The notes beneath the pieces were generated by a model. It was not told the DNA's origin. It did no database searches and worked only from the letters and a program-made list of their open reading frames with translations. A DNA stretch of 63,421 nt, the filler included, from Octopus bimaculoides (lineage: Eukaryota), in the NCBI RefSeq assembly GCF_001194135.2. It is 7 parts of 6 records of this genome, joined end to end, with 100 filler letters (N's around TTAATTAATTAA, not from the genome) between each part and the next. Parts side by side here need not be neighbours in the genome. Positions count along the whole stretch, not along the records: positions 16,854 to 39,442 come from NC_068986.1; positions 39,543 to 50,622 come from NC_068983.1; 5 more parts are not named here. The stretch is one strand, 5' to 3'. Below are positions 28,654 to 42,411 of the stretch, one piece after another. How positions within the stretch are numbered: position 1 is the first letter of the stretch; each line of letters begins with the position of its first letter. The translations under genes and the position numbers were made by a program.

Positions 28654-28784
28654 NNNNNNNNNNNNNNNNNNNNNNNNNNNNNNNNNNNNNNNNNNNNNNN
28701 NNNNNNNNNNNNNNNNNNNNNNNNNNNNNNNNNNNNNNNNNNNNNNNNNNNNNNNNNNNNNNNNNNNNNNNNNNNNNNNNNNNN

Positions 28785-30580
28785 TCCTTATTGAATTGTA
28801 TTTATTTTTACTACTCTCCGGTATACCGGGAAAAAGGAACTGTTTGATATATTTCTGTGGCCATTGTGGCATTGCTTTTTTGAAATTTTGAGTAAAAATT
28901 CGAATTGTTTTAAGTCGTTTTAGATTTTTTTTGTGCCCCACACCTAGCGGGTTGGAACTGTTATCCTCTATTAGAAGAAAATTTATTATAGGCTTCCACC
29001 TTAAGTGGAAGAAATATCTTCTATTGAACATTTTCTGTAAACTTTGAAAAGCCGTTGTAGGCTTTATTTTTGTATTGAATTAAATTCGACCGAATATGTC
29101 GGTCGAAATTATTAAAGAAAAATGCACTCTCGAAGAGAGTGGTGTTAATGTTGGCGGAGGTGCCAACATTAACACTGTAAATAAATTTTCGGTAGTTGCC
29201 GCGGTGGCAACTGAAACTATTGATATTCCAGTTGAAAAACTGAGGGAATACTTCGAAAGAATAAAGGAGGAGGATGGTGATATTAAGATATTACCCACCT
29301 CCAGTGCAATAGAGACATAAAGAAAAACTACTATATGTAAATCCTACTGTCCCGAGAACAAGCAATTCAAACATTTCGAAAGGGAGATAATAGAAAAACG
29401 CCTGGCCCCTATGTGGAAGGACATTGCATATATCACAAGGGGAAAGGTATATGCGACAATCGAAGTCAGGTTCGCAACCGAGAAGGCCCATGTGTCTCTG
29501 CAAGCCTCTTGAAAACAAAGGAGGTGGTGCTTCTACCATTGGGAGGCGCACTTCCCGTGTAAAGGTGACAGAAGTGCCACCAGAAATAGACCCAAGAGAA
29601 GTGATGGCTGCCCTGTTGTTCAACAGGACAGAAAAAATAAAATTCTTACAGATAACATGCTCTGCTCCCCAGAACTGGCTGGGACAGCATTTCAGCCATA
29701 ATTCAGGGTGCACAGGAAAACATAGAAATGCTTCCAGAGAGGGTGCTCGTGGGTGAGAATGTGGCCCTTCGAATACAGGTGGAGGGAAAGAAACTCTCCT
29801 GTTATGAGTGTGGAAAGGAGGGCCACATTCGTTTGGACTGCGAAGAAAAGAAAAAGAGAACAAAAAAAGAAAAAAGTGACAATCTTGCACAAACACAAGG
29901 CCCTACATCTGTGAAAAACAACCCCAAGACCACACACACACCAGTCTCCACAAAGACAAACATTCCCACCCCTCTGTTGCGGTGCCGTCCCTCAAACAAA
30001 CCAACGAAAAGATCCAGCCCCTGCACATACAAGACCCTACAAAATTAATATTGCCCCCACCTGAAACCTGAGGCACCTGTTGTTGGTGAAAAGAACACAA
30101 CTCCCTTAGACAACACCATGGAGGTGGCTGAGGGTGAGTTCTCGACAGTTCGGAAACGGACACATGCACCTTCCCCCCACAGGAAAACGCCCCACGCCAC
30201 CACATATTACCAAAAAATAACACGCCCCATCGCCCCAGGAAAAAGAAGAGACGATACCATTTTGGTAGAATATAATACCAAAGATCATTACATGGACGAG
30301 GTGATTACGAAACACCACACGGCAAAGTTGTACCCTCAACATAGGAGTATGAACAAGAGGTGTTCCTGGATAAGGAAAACCCTATTCAAGCAACTGAAGG
30401 ATAGGCATCCAAAGGCCATTAGGAGGATTTCGGACCTACCCAGTTACTTGAAGAAGGAGGAGAAGGAAGGGGCTGCCTCACGTGTTGTGAGGTCAACCCC
30501 AGCATCACCAGATAAGGGTAAGTAGAACCCTTGCTTTTTTCCCATTGCTACACTTGGATGTTTGAATGTGCATAGTTAAG
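28785..30580 (+). mobile_element. Tx1/L1-like LINE: frameshifted ORF1 with CCHC knuckle, ORF2 essentially absent
   Basis: ORF pieces from 29096 to 30525; zinc knuckle CYECGKEGHIRLDC at 29800-29841; GCLNVHS* at 30556-30579 resembles an APE endonuclease N-terminus. Confidence 0.7.
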
Positions 30581-31055
30581 TATGTTATATTAATAACATT
30601 TTTAGTATAGAGCTGCTTCTGTTGCATAACACGAATTTTATTCTACTTATGCGGCGCCTTTGGCAACAAGTGTGTAGTTTGTACAAGATCTCTATATACT
30701 TCAGACTAGCTGATTCGATTTCGTTTCGAAAGTGGCATGAGTATGCATTTGTATGCATCACTCTCGTGGTCACTTCCGGGGCGATTTTGTTTCGCCTAGT
30801 TCTGAAGTAAAATGTGCTATTTAACACAATACGTCTGACTTTTCAATTGCACACATACATTATGTTATATTGATAAAACATATGGTTAAGACGTAGCGAC
30901 TCAGAAAAAAGAAATACGTTAGTCTTTAGCGATAAAAACGAAACAAAACAAAATAAGTTAATAGTCCAACAAAGATAATACAAGACGAAAGTGCGTAAAC
31001 ACATGAAATTACCTGCTAGTTTAACTATTCTTAAGGCAAGCCTCAGAAAAAGTAT

Positions 31056-31270
31056 GGCGGTGAGCTGGCAGAATCGTTAGCACGCCGAGCGAAATGCTTA
31101 GTGGTGTTTCGTCTGTCTTTACGTTCTGAGTTCAAATTCCGCCGAGGTCGACTTTGCCTTCCATCCTTTCGGGGTCGATAAATTAAGTACCAATCAAGCA
31201 CTGGGGGCGATCTAATCGACTGGCCCCTCCCCCAAAATTTCGGGCCTTGTTCTTAGAGTAGAAAAGAAAA
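31056..31270 (+). mobile_element. SINE family B, full-length monomer with 12-bp TSD
   Basis: AAGCCTCAGAAA at 31038-31049 and 31276-31287. Confidence 0.88.
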
Positions 31271-31534
31271 AATAAAAGCCTCAGAAATAGTCAACATGAC
31301 ACGGTTTTATGAAATGGCTAGGCATTTTGAATTGCTGTATAATCAGTCTGACGAATTTTCTCACAATTTTCGCATGGAACTTCGCTAGATCATATAACAT
31401 CACACTGATACTATGCTAACAATGCTGGAATAGAAGGCAAACTAAACAATGTCGGATTAAAATTCACGAAGTAAAGAAACCTAACAATAAACACCGTTTA
31501 TAATTTCTGCTAATAAAACTTCAGATAAATAAAA

Positions 31535-31740
31535 TACTGGTTTCAAATTTTGGCACACGACTAGAAGTTTCGGGGGAGGGGAGTAAGTCGTTGAGACATA
31601 TCCAAGTACTCAACTGATACTTATTTTATCGGCAATAAAATGATGGAATTTGTACTCACTACGTAAAGATGGTCGAAATGCTGCCAAGCATTTTGTGTGT
31701 CATTACGTTCTGAGTTTATGCTTCTGCTCGCCGCCTCACA
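31535..31740 (-). mobile_element. SINE family B, degenerate
   Basis: Reverse complement of the head (GCTCGCCGCC) and tail (GGTTTCAAATTTTGGCAC). Confidence 0.55.
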
Positions 31741-31958
31741 TAAGTAAAATATTAAGACAAAAAAGAACAGCTGATAAGCGCAAACATGATTACATCGTTG
31801 TGAAATTTGCTTCACAATCACGAAAATGTGCGTTCGATTCTATTGAAATCGGTATACAGAACGAAAGAATAAACCATATCTATACACAGACGCGCGCGCA
31901 CACACACTAAAAAAATATATATATACATATGTATGTATATGTATATATACATGTATGT

Positions 31959-31993
<35 letters not shown>

Positions 31994-32449
31994 NNNNNNN
32001 NNNNNNNNNNNNNNNNNNNNNNNNNNNNNNNNNNNNNNNNNNNNNNNNNNNNNNNNNNNNNNNNNNNNNNNNNNNNNNNNNNNNNNNNNNNNNNNNNNNN
32101 NNNNNNNNNNNNNNNNNNNNNNNNNNNNNNNNNNNNNNNNNNNNNNNNNNNNNNNNNNNNNNNNNNNNNNNNNNNNNNNNNNNNNNNNNNNNNNNNNNNN
32201 NNNNNNNNNNNNNNNNNNNNNNNNNNNNNNNNNNNNNNNNNNNNNNNNNNNNNNNNNNNNNNNNNNNNNNNNNNNNNNNNNNNNNNNNNNNNNNNNNNNN
32301 NNNNNNNNNNNNNNNNNNNNNNNNNNNNNNNNNNNNNNNNNNNNNNNNNNNNNNNNNNNNNNNNNNNNGATGAACGACTGAACGAAAACGATCGGGTATT
32401 GGACACGGGCTGTAGATACATCCAGATATTTGACAAGAAAAAATTAATA

Positions 32450-32504
<55 letters not shown>

Positions 32505-32941
32505 TTCATTAGAAATTTGTCACTTTCGGGCAAGAAAATAAAAATATATGTATATATATATATATATGAATTTAGAAAGAATTCTCTTATTCGCCAAAAT
32601 TATTCTAAATGTTCCCCTGGGTATGACGTCAGTTGAAGAGAGAAATAACTATCTGTCAAACGCTACATTAATATTTGCATTGAAACTCTTTCTCTCTCCT
32701 ACTCTCTCCCTCTCTCTACACACTCCCTCTATTTCTCAGGCTTTGTTTTTGTCTCTCTCTGTCTTTTCTTCCTCTCTCTATATTCCCCTCTCCGTTGCTC
32801 ACTCTGTCCATTTTTTCCTCCACACCACTGACGAACAATGTAATTAGGAGTACTTGTGAGTTAGTTCAACGTCATTTTGGGAATGAGGGATAGCAAGGTA
32901 GTGTAACAGAGATAGAGAAAAAGATTAATACAGAGAGAGAG

Positions 32942-32991
<50 letters not shown>

Positions 32992-33161
32992 GAATGAGAC
33001 AGAGAGTGTGCATTTGCTATTAGTTGCAACGGTCGATTCCAGTGGTGGCCAGCAGCAGTAAACGCAATTATTATTTGCAGACTGATTTCAATAATAAACA
33101 TATAAACAAAGCATACAAACATATATCCATGCATACATACATACATACATACATACATACA

Positions 33162-33194
<33 letters not shown>

Positions 33195-33273
33195 GCATAC
33201 ATATATATGTATACATACGTGCATTCATAAATATATATATACATACATACATATATATANNNNNNNNNNNNNN

Positions 33274-33316
<43 letters not shown>

Positions 33317-33554
33317 GTATTATATGTATGTATGTGTGAGAATCTGCATGTGTGTGCATGTATGTGTGTGTGTGTGTGTGTGTTTTGCTAAATAATTATT
33401 AGCAGGGACATCTCAAGAGAACAAAGGAATATAACGAATAGCGAGGGATCTCCACTCTATATGAAGATTTCGTTCAACCGTGGCCGTTCAATTGTAGCTG
33501 TTTGACCTTGCCCCCCCTTCATTCCGCCTCACCATCCTCCCTTTAAACCCAACC

Positions 33555-33589
33555 ACAGCTACTACCACGACGACCACCACGAACCCCCG

Positions 33590-33642
<53 letters not shown>

Positions 33643-34200
33643 GCCATAGCAGCTACCTTATGTACGACAACTCTTCCACCACTCCCACTAATAACACCCC
33701 TCCCAGCACCACCACCACCACCACCACCACCGATACCATCGTTATTACTAATCCACAGTTAACATCATTATCTCACCCATCACTATCACTATTCGTACGA
33801 CCAGCGCCAGCACAATCAGTTTCAGCAGCAACACCGTCAACGCCTTCACCACCACCACCACCACCACCACCACCATTATGTTTCTCTTCTTTTCTCTACT
33901 TCTCCCTGTTCCTCCTGCCCCTCCTCTTCATCATCATCATCCCAAGCATAACTTCATCACTTCCAGCCCACACCTGCGCCACAAGCACCATCACCACCAC
34001 CGTCACTATCACACTATCGTCACCACGAGCACCACCATCCTCCAGCATTATCTCTTCTGCCTTCTCAAAATCAACTGCCACCGCCACAATCACGCTATGA
34101 CGACGACGAGACCACAACGACGACGACCACCACTACCACTACCGCACCATCACTGTCACTGCCACTCTATTTCTACCCTACACCTTCATCTCCAGCTTTA
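33555..34200. repeat. Compound (ACT)n/(ACC)n low-complexity tract
   Basis: Directly visible. Confidence 0.85.
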
Positions 34201-34719
34201 CTAACAAACATATTACTATGTGGAAGTAGTTAGTTGCCACTTGGATATTTTCAAAATACCAACGAAAAATATTTTAGAAGTAAAACAAAACCAAAAGAAT
34301 AAACAAATACAGCAGGAAATTATTCAAAATATATTGTAACAAGAGAATAGCGGAAATTAATGAGGGGATGTATTGGTTTATAAACAACCAATCACTCATT
34401 ATTAGTACCTTTTGACTGCACACAAACCCCAGTATGTTAGTGTGTAAGTCCCAGGCCAGGCTGATCAAGTAGTTTGAAGACTGAAGGATTTCTGTCCGCC
34501 ATTGACACAATGTTAGGCAGGTCTAAGGGTACATTGTCGAATTAGATCATTGTCGTTTTGTATCAAGATATGTATAATTTCAGGGAGATTTGGTTGTTAT
34601 TTCTTGCAGTTAAATTGACCAATTGAAGGCTATCAAGATTTTAGCAAAGCTCTATATCAAGTATGAAAAATACATCCAGGTCTACTCTTACCTGGAGTAG
34701 CAGTACCTGCAAAAGTCCT

Positions 34720-35085
34720 AGCTATGGGTTAAATAACATGTAACCACCAGAGTCTAAGTACGTTGAGATTATGGGATGCAGCATGGCGGATGAGAAATAT
34801 TTCGGAAAACGAACTTATTGAATCAATAATGAATATCACTAGATGCTGAGCGGAGACAACAAAATGTCAGCGGACAGGATCAACCAGACCAGTTAGCGAA
34901 TTATTGCCATCATCTGTAGTCATGATATGAGCAAATGAGATAAATCAACTAACAAATGGCCAGCGTGACTAAAAGTGTGACAAGCCAGATGTTCATACTA
35001 CATCACTCTATGAGGACACCTGGCGAGGAAGAGTTGCATTGGTCCGGGTTAGTCGTCCGACAGGATGATGGTGGTATTGAGCAGC
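34720..35085 (+). pseudogene. RTE-like LINE 3' end, highly degenerate
   Basis: Fragments WR..ISENEL, RPVSELL and EDTWRGRVALVRVSRPTG*, followed by a TGATGGTGG tail. Confidence 0.45.
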
Positions 35086-35889
35086 CCAAAGAGCAACATG
35101 TTCCAGCTGTGACCGTAATATATTTTTGCATAACAAAGATTAAACTGTTCATTGTGTCTTTTTTCTAAGCTAGTAAAGTTTGATTTGAGGGAAATAGTTA
35201 ATATGTCCAGTGACTATATAAGGCACTGTTTCCAACCACTTTTTACCTATGGACCCTTTGATTCATGTTTTACTCAGAGGGACACTCTTAGCCATTCGAT
35301 GTTTAAAAAATCCTATTATATTTTTATAATTACATATTATTAGGAATTGCATAACAATAATTATTAAAATATTTTGTATATTGTAGAAGTATATACAATT
35401 TATTGCGGATATTTTTTTTTACAACTAAATTTTATATGAACCCCGTTTGAGAACTATTGATATAGAGGCCACTCTAATTAATTATTAAGCCCTATGCTGC
35501 GTAGTTCAAGGAGTGAAACGTTTCTAACTGTATTCATCACTGTTTTCTATATAACTTATAGTATGTAGTCGTGTTAGTAATTATTTCAGCCTTTTGCAGA
35601 AGGCCAGCAAATTTAAAGAGAGTGGGACAGTCGAACTCGAGGAGGCTGTGTATTTCCATGTTTTGCAAGTATATTTATTACTGTTTCTGTCTCTATCGTC
35701 ACTCGACGCAAAGTTCACCCATCTATTCGTCCCATCTTTGTCGATTCTATAATTCTGGTTCATACTTCACCAAGTCATGATTCCTTTTCCACTGTATTAT
35801 TGCCAGCCAAGTGAGCCTTGATATTTCTTTTATGATGTTACCTTGACTGGCTCATCCCCATTTAATTTTCATTATTTATACTTCAACAA

Positions 35890-36520
35890 GGCAGCAAGCT
35901 GGCAGAAACGTTAGCACGCCGGTCAAAATGCTTAGCGATATTTTGTCTGTCTTTACGTTCTAAGTTCAAATTCCGCCGAGGTCGACTTCGCTTTTCATTC
36001 TTTCGGGGTCGCTAAATTAAGAACCAGTTAAGTACTGGCGGTGATCTAATCGACTGGGCCCCTCCCCCAAAATTCCTGGCCTTGTGCCTAGATTAGAAAA
36101 GGTTATTTGTACTTCAACAAAGGTAGTGAGCTGATAGAATCGTTTGCATGAAGCACAAAATGTTTAGCGGTATTTCTTCTGATTTGCATGTGCTGAGATC
36201 AGCTTTGCCTTTCATCCTTTCCGGGTCAATAAAATAAAGTACTAGTCAAGTAGTGAGGTCGATGTAGTTGACTAACCCCTCTCACGGATTTCAGGTCTTC
36301 AGTGCCTGTATTAGAAACAATTATTTGTGCGTTAAGTGCTTTGCAGTATTTTTTCCACACATTATGTTCTAAGCTTATGTTCTAAGCTTAAGCCGGAGCC
36401 AACTCTGTTTTTTCAATCCTTCCAGAGGTTGAGAAAATAAAGTACCAGTCTAGTGCTGGGGCCGATGATATCGACAAATCCAGTTCCTTCAAAATAGATG
36501 GCATTCTACCCAAATTGAAG
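35890..36520 (+). mobile_element. Three head-to-tail SINE family B copies
   Basis: Copy 1 (35890-36102) is flanked by TTATTT(A/G)TACTTCAACAA. Older copies at about 36122-36320 and 36330-36520. Confidence 0.8.
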
Positions 36521-38578
36521 CTGTTATTTTTACATCGATATACGATACTTTATTTATGTCTTAAACCTATTCATTTTTACGAAATCATACCAAGTGGGCC
36601 CCATGATTCGTCCTAATGCTTTATTTTCAGATAATCTAAGATGATTGCTTATAATTTGATGGCTATGCTATGGTTCACTCACATATATTAAAACACTTCT
36701 TATGTCCCATACAATTCAATTTTCGTATGAATTGTTAATCTATAAGATTTCTGCACGTTTGAAAATATTTTCATTGCTTGATCTGTTTTCTTAAATCTAT
36801 AGTCGGATTTAGTTTCTAAAGATCCGTCACTTTCTATAAAAGTTCTAGGATATTTACACTTATTTATCCTTTCTGGTGTGTACCAATTTAATGATGCACT
36901 CTAACCGTATGTTCAGTTGTCGTAATTTGGTTTTCATTGTGATTTATCATTAATCCCACACCTTTGGCTATTTCATCAAGCTTCTATATTATTCTTTGTA
37001 TTTTTGATGCTCCTTTACTGAGGAAAACAATGAATCAATGTCATTAGCATAATCCTAATTCACAAGATACTTTTCATAATCCCACACAACTCTTTTATCA
37101 CCGCTTGTTTTCTTTACGACATAGTTTTATAAGAAAAAGCAAATATGAAACGGAGTATAGCTCATGTCCCTGCAACCCCCCCCCCCATCTAACTTCAGAT
37201 TAATTTTGGAGCTGACTGTCTAAACTTGGCGTTTATTTCTCGATGTATTGTACTTATTTATTAAAATGTTTTTGGTTTCATAGAAACGTAGAATCTTATG
37301 TACACCACCAAAGACCTTTTCAGAGCCTACAAAAGGCCATTATAAAAGGCTCTCTGAATTTCACTGTTATTCATTAGAATTATATTTTGTTCTGTCTCTT
37401 TACTTTCACAGTGTATGCGTGGTTACAATTTCTGTTGATCGGCTGAGCAAAACATGGAAGTGTCAGTGGAAGCGAAGTGACATCGATAAATTAACAACGA
37501 TGTGATAGCATTACTAAAGCGAAAACTTCTGTATGCCTCTTCTGAATAGAGTTCAACCGTTCAAACCTGTGAACTTGAGATCACGTGATAGTGGTTTAAT
37601 CACTCAAGTATGCAGCTAACGAATCCTCCACGGATATATTATGCCAGTAATTAAAACTACAAATATATATTGACATATTATTTTTTGTTATAAATTTGGT
37701 TAGTTGTTCCACACAGGTAAAATCACTGATTCGCTGCACTTATGACGGCAAGAGTAACAAGTGAGTGTTGGTAACGCGATATAGAACAATTATCTCAAGG
37801 GACTTCATCCTCGAAGTACCGGTTTTTCATCCGATATTATAAACTCCGTTGATACATGTTGGCAGAAGGCACAAATCGCCCCACTCCCACACACCTTTCA
37901 TTAAGGCGAAATACAAAAATACAGGATGGTTGTGACTTCGAAATTTCGCTCATCAGATAAAGAAAAATTAAGAGAATATTAATGATAGTGCAAGGAGTTT
38001 TAAACGCATTTCTCTTCAGTCAAAATTTCACGCAATGTTAATAATTTTTCGCATTTATATATTTCTTTTCATTTTCCAATAACTGTATTTCCGTCTAATA
38101 AACTATTTAAACTCCTGCACTGAGTCCTTTATTTTTCTGGAAACGGCATCTGTTGACTGGATTTACTTTTAAAAAAATGCTAACTTAATCTATCTATCAA
38201 TCTAACTATATTTCTATATGCAAACACACACATATGTATACACACCACACACATACATACACACACACATACACACACACACACACTTACACACACACAC
38301 ATACACACAAACACACAAAACCCACGTACACAGACACAGAAACATATGTACACAATTTTATTCGATGGCCTTCCGCACAAACCCTGTCTACTGAATATCA
38401 CTCTCAAGCTATTGGTCAATCTGAAGTTATAATACACGGCATATACATCCAGTGGAGCACGCTTTGAGATCGAACACGGAACCACATCGGTGTGTAGCGC
38501 AATCAATCATAGTTATGCCAGTCAATTTTGTAAGATTGCGTGTACATGACAGTGTGGGAGTATCTCTCTTTCTCTCTT

Positions 38579-38623
<45 letters not shown>

Positions 38624-38761
38624 NNNNNNNNNNNNNNNNNNNNNNNNNNNNNNNNNNNNNNNNNNNNNNNNNNNNNNNNNNNNNNNNNNNNNNNNNNNNN
38701 NNNNNNNNNNNNNNNNNNNNNNNNNNNNNNNNNNNNNNNNNNNNNNNNNNNNNNNNNNNNN

Positions 38762-38794
<33 letters not shown>

Positions 38795-39160
38795 TATATA
38801 TACTCTTTTATTCTTTTGTTTGTTTCAGTAATTTGCGACCATGTTGGAGCATCGCCTTGAGGTATTTTAGTCGAACCAATAGACCCCAGGACTTGTGTTT
38901 TAAGCTTGATACTTATTCATTCAGTCTCTTTTGATGAACGTAAAGACATCGAGTGGTGATGGGGGGACAAACACAGACACACAGACATACACACATAGAT
39001 ATATGCATACATATACAACGAGCTTCTTTCAGTTTCCGTATACCAAATCTACTCACGAGGCTATAGTAGAAGTCTCTTGGCCAGGGTGTCACGCAGTGAG
39101 ACTAAATCCGGAACCATGTGATTGGGAAGCAAGCTTCTTGCCACAGAGCCACGCTTGCAC
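38795..39160 (-). mobile_element. SINE family A, near full length
   Basis: Reverse-complement match to the other family A copies. Confidence 0.8.
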
Positions 39161-39243
39161 CTATATGTATATTTATATGTATGTATGTATATATGTATGT
39201 ATGTAGGTATGTATGTATGTATGTGTGTATGTATGTATGTATG

Positions 39244-39304
<61 letters not shown>

Positions 39305-40324
39305 ATATATGTATATATATATGTATATATATATGTATATATATATGTATATATATATGTATATATATGTATATGTATGTATATATATATATGTATATAT
39401 ATATATGTATATGTATATGTATATATATATATGTATATATATNNNNNNNNNNNNNNNNNNNNNNNNNNNNNNNNNNNNNNNNNNNNTTAATTAATTAANN
39501 NNNNNNNNNNNNNNNNNNNNNNNNNNNNNNNNNNNNNNNNNNATATATACATGTATATTATATGCACATAAATTTAGGTAATATATATTTGTATATGTGT
39601 ACTCATACACAAACACACACGAACGTACAGTACAAAGAATGGGGCTGTTGACATATTTATTGTTAAATGTTAATATCGATTATGATATTTTTAAGTTGGC
39701 GTAGCTTTCTTCTAACTATGCGCATGTGTACACACACACACACACATACACACACTCTACTGACATAATAGGATTCAAAACATTAGTGGGATTCTGAAGC
39801 AAATTTACATCATATTGTTTTGGCTTTTGTTTTTCATTAGTTCGTTACTTTGGTGTCGGAAGTCTTCAAACGCAATGAAAGACAAGTTTATATCTTTCAT
39901 CGTAAGTCCATGGATTTTCGCGTGCATGCAGTGTATGTATGAACGATCGTATGTGTGCTCATGTATGTATGTATGTATGTATGTATGTATGTATGTACGT
40001 ATGTATGTATGTATGTATGCATGTATTTACCCAAGCCTACACACATATCCAATTTCCCGCCCACGCTAGCTCCTAATACTTTGTCAGTAGTAATTTCGAT
40101 ACCATCTGTTGATATAGTGGTAGTGGAATATCGTGTTGTGGGCTTCGGATGGTTAGAACTAGAGTGGTGGTGTGAATACTTCTGACATAACAGAGATTTG
40201 CATCCGGTATCTCAATCTAGTTCGAATAATCTATTGAAGTTAGTGAAGTAAATTTATTTGCCAGATAGCATTTGCTAATTCATTCGATTGTATTTAAAAT
40301 GTCTGGTGTCTTGGAAACGCTTTG

Positions 40325-40368
<44 letters not shown>

Positions 40369-40391
40369 GCACGCACGCACGCAAGCACACG

Positions 40392-40456
<65 letters not shown>

Positions 40457-40642
40457 TTTCGTTAAAGCGATTACGAAGGCGATACCGTTGACATATGTCT
40501 TACTCGTTAATATCGATCATAATGTTTTAAAGCTGATGTATCTTTCTTCTACTTACCATATGTAGCGAAAGTTGTGGCATTCCTCTTATGTATTTGAAAG
40601 TAGATTTCGAAAAATGTAATAAATATGATATATAACACACAT

Positions 40643-41172
40643 GTGGAGGCGCAATGGCCCAATGGTTAGGGCAGTGGACTCGCGGTCATAGGATCGCGGT
40701 TTCGATTCCCAGACCGGGCGTTGTGAAAGCTCCACGAGGCTCCGGCAGGGGATGGTAGCGAACCCTGCTGTACTCTTTCACCACAACTTTCTCTCACTCT
40801 TACTTCCTGTTTTTGTTGTTCCTGTAATTCAAAGGGTCAGCCTTGTCACCCTGTGTCACGCTGAATATCCCCGAGAACTACGTTAAGGGTACACGTGTCT
40901 GTNNNNNNNNNNCTCCGGCAGGGGATGGTAGCGAACCCTGCTGTACTCTTTCACCACAACTTTCTCTCACTCTTACTTCCTGTTTTTGTTGTTCCTGTAA
41001 TTCAAAGGGTCAGCCTTGTCACCCTGTGTCACGCTGAATATCCCCGAGAACTACGTTAAGGGTACACGTGTCTGTGGAGTGCTCAGCCACTTGCACGTTA
41101 ATTTCACGCGCAGGCTGTTCCGTTGATCGGATCAACTGGAACTGTCGACGTCGTAAGCGACGGAGTGCCAAC
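40643..41172 (+). mobile_element. tRNA(Arg-like)-headed SINE family C with 16-bp TSD
   Basis: GTGGAGGCGCAATGGCCC..GGTTTCGATTCCC head; TSD ATATGATATATAACAC at 40623-40638 and 41187-41202. Internal about 170-bp duplication across a 10-N gap. Confidence 0.88.
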
Positions 41173-41499
41173 AGCAAAACACATACATATGATATATAAC
41201 ACGCGCGCGCGCACATCACTGTATCGACCGGAGTAGTGGATATTGGTTTTACACGGCTGATAACAACGCGCTTCCTCGCATTGTTCTAGTCTTCGATGAT
41301 GCTACCTTGCTGGCTAAGCGAGCAGGCTAACATTCCCCCTAAACGAAACGACAGTCCGTGGAAGGTTTATACTATTTTCGGCTGGAAGGGTTGGAGCAGC
41401 GTGAAATGAAGAACACAACACACCACGATCTTGCGATCGTGAGAGACACTCTCTGACCACTCGGCCACACACCTTCACACATACACACACACACACACA

Positions 41500-41825
41500 T
41501 GACTCAGTAGTTAAAGCGTCGAGCGTACAATCATGAGGCAGTGAGTTCGATTCCCGGACCGGGCTGTGTGTTGTGCTCTTGAGTAAGACATTATATTTCA
41601 CGTTGCTTCAGTTCTCAGATGAAGAAATGAATTTCGACGTCACTGATGCCAGGCTGTATTGGCGTTTCCGTTTCCCTTGGATAACATCAGTGACGTGGAG
41701 AAGGGAGACTAGTATGCATGGGCGACTTCTGGTTTCTATAAACAACCTTACCCGGACTTGTGCCCCGGAGAGGAACTTTCTAGGTGCAATCCCATTGTCA
41801 TTGATGACCGAAGGGTATCTTTACC
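41500..41825 (+). mobile_element. tRNA-derived SINE family D with CORE-like central domain
   Basis: GAGTTCGATTCCC B-box, then CTTGAGTAAGACATTATATTTCACGTTGCTTCAGTT..AGAAATG. A degenerate inverted copy lies at about 41320-41470. Confidence 0.75.
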
Positions 41826-41830
41826 TTTAT

Positions 41831-41863
<33 letters not shown>

Positions 41864-42341
41864 CACACACACATACACATATATATATAAATGAAACATT
41901 CAAACACAGACTTGAAGTTAGATGTCACTACTGTTCATATCATCTGTGGATAAATTCAAAATTTGATGATATCACCAGTAGTGGCATGGGTGGATTGCAG
42001 TTATAATAGCTTTAAACAGCTATGAATTATAAATTTGCACGAAGCGTAATGATGCTTAATAAGCATCTACCTGCTAGAAATAGGAGATAAGTCTTAAATT
42101 AATCCACCGTAGTGCACCAATATGAAATACATGCTGAATTTTCAGAATTTTCTTTATACTAGGCCACTGGTTTTAAATTGGTGTTAATTGAATTAATATC
42201 TATTTTATCACCCTTATTATTTAAATTATATATATATACATATATATATATTTGCCAACAGAATGTGGATTTCGCAAAAGGGATGATTTTACTGTTGTTT
42301 TAGCCCCAAGAAATATCGTTTCTAGCTGGCTATACGACACA

Positions 42342-42411
<70 letters not shown>

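Noticed and set aside
37925-38005. Minus-strand CTGAAGA..GAAAT/ATTTC..GAA-GTC and CTGATGA motifs
   Set aside because: Stem III is missing and stem I is mismatched, so no complete hammerhead.
40643-40715. tRNA-like heads of SINEs as possible tRNA genes
   Set aside because: They continue into SINE bodies with TSDs and lack a complete acceptor stem.
40740-41082. Apparent internal tandem duplication in a family C SINE
   Set aside because: The duplicate spans a 10-N gap and a single TSD pair flanks the whole, so it is most likely overlapping contig ends.
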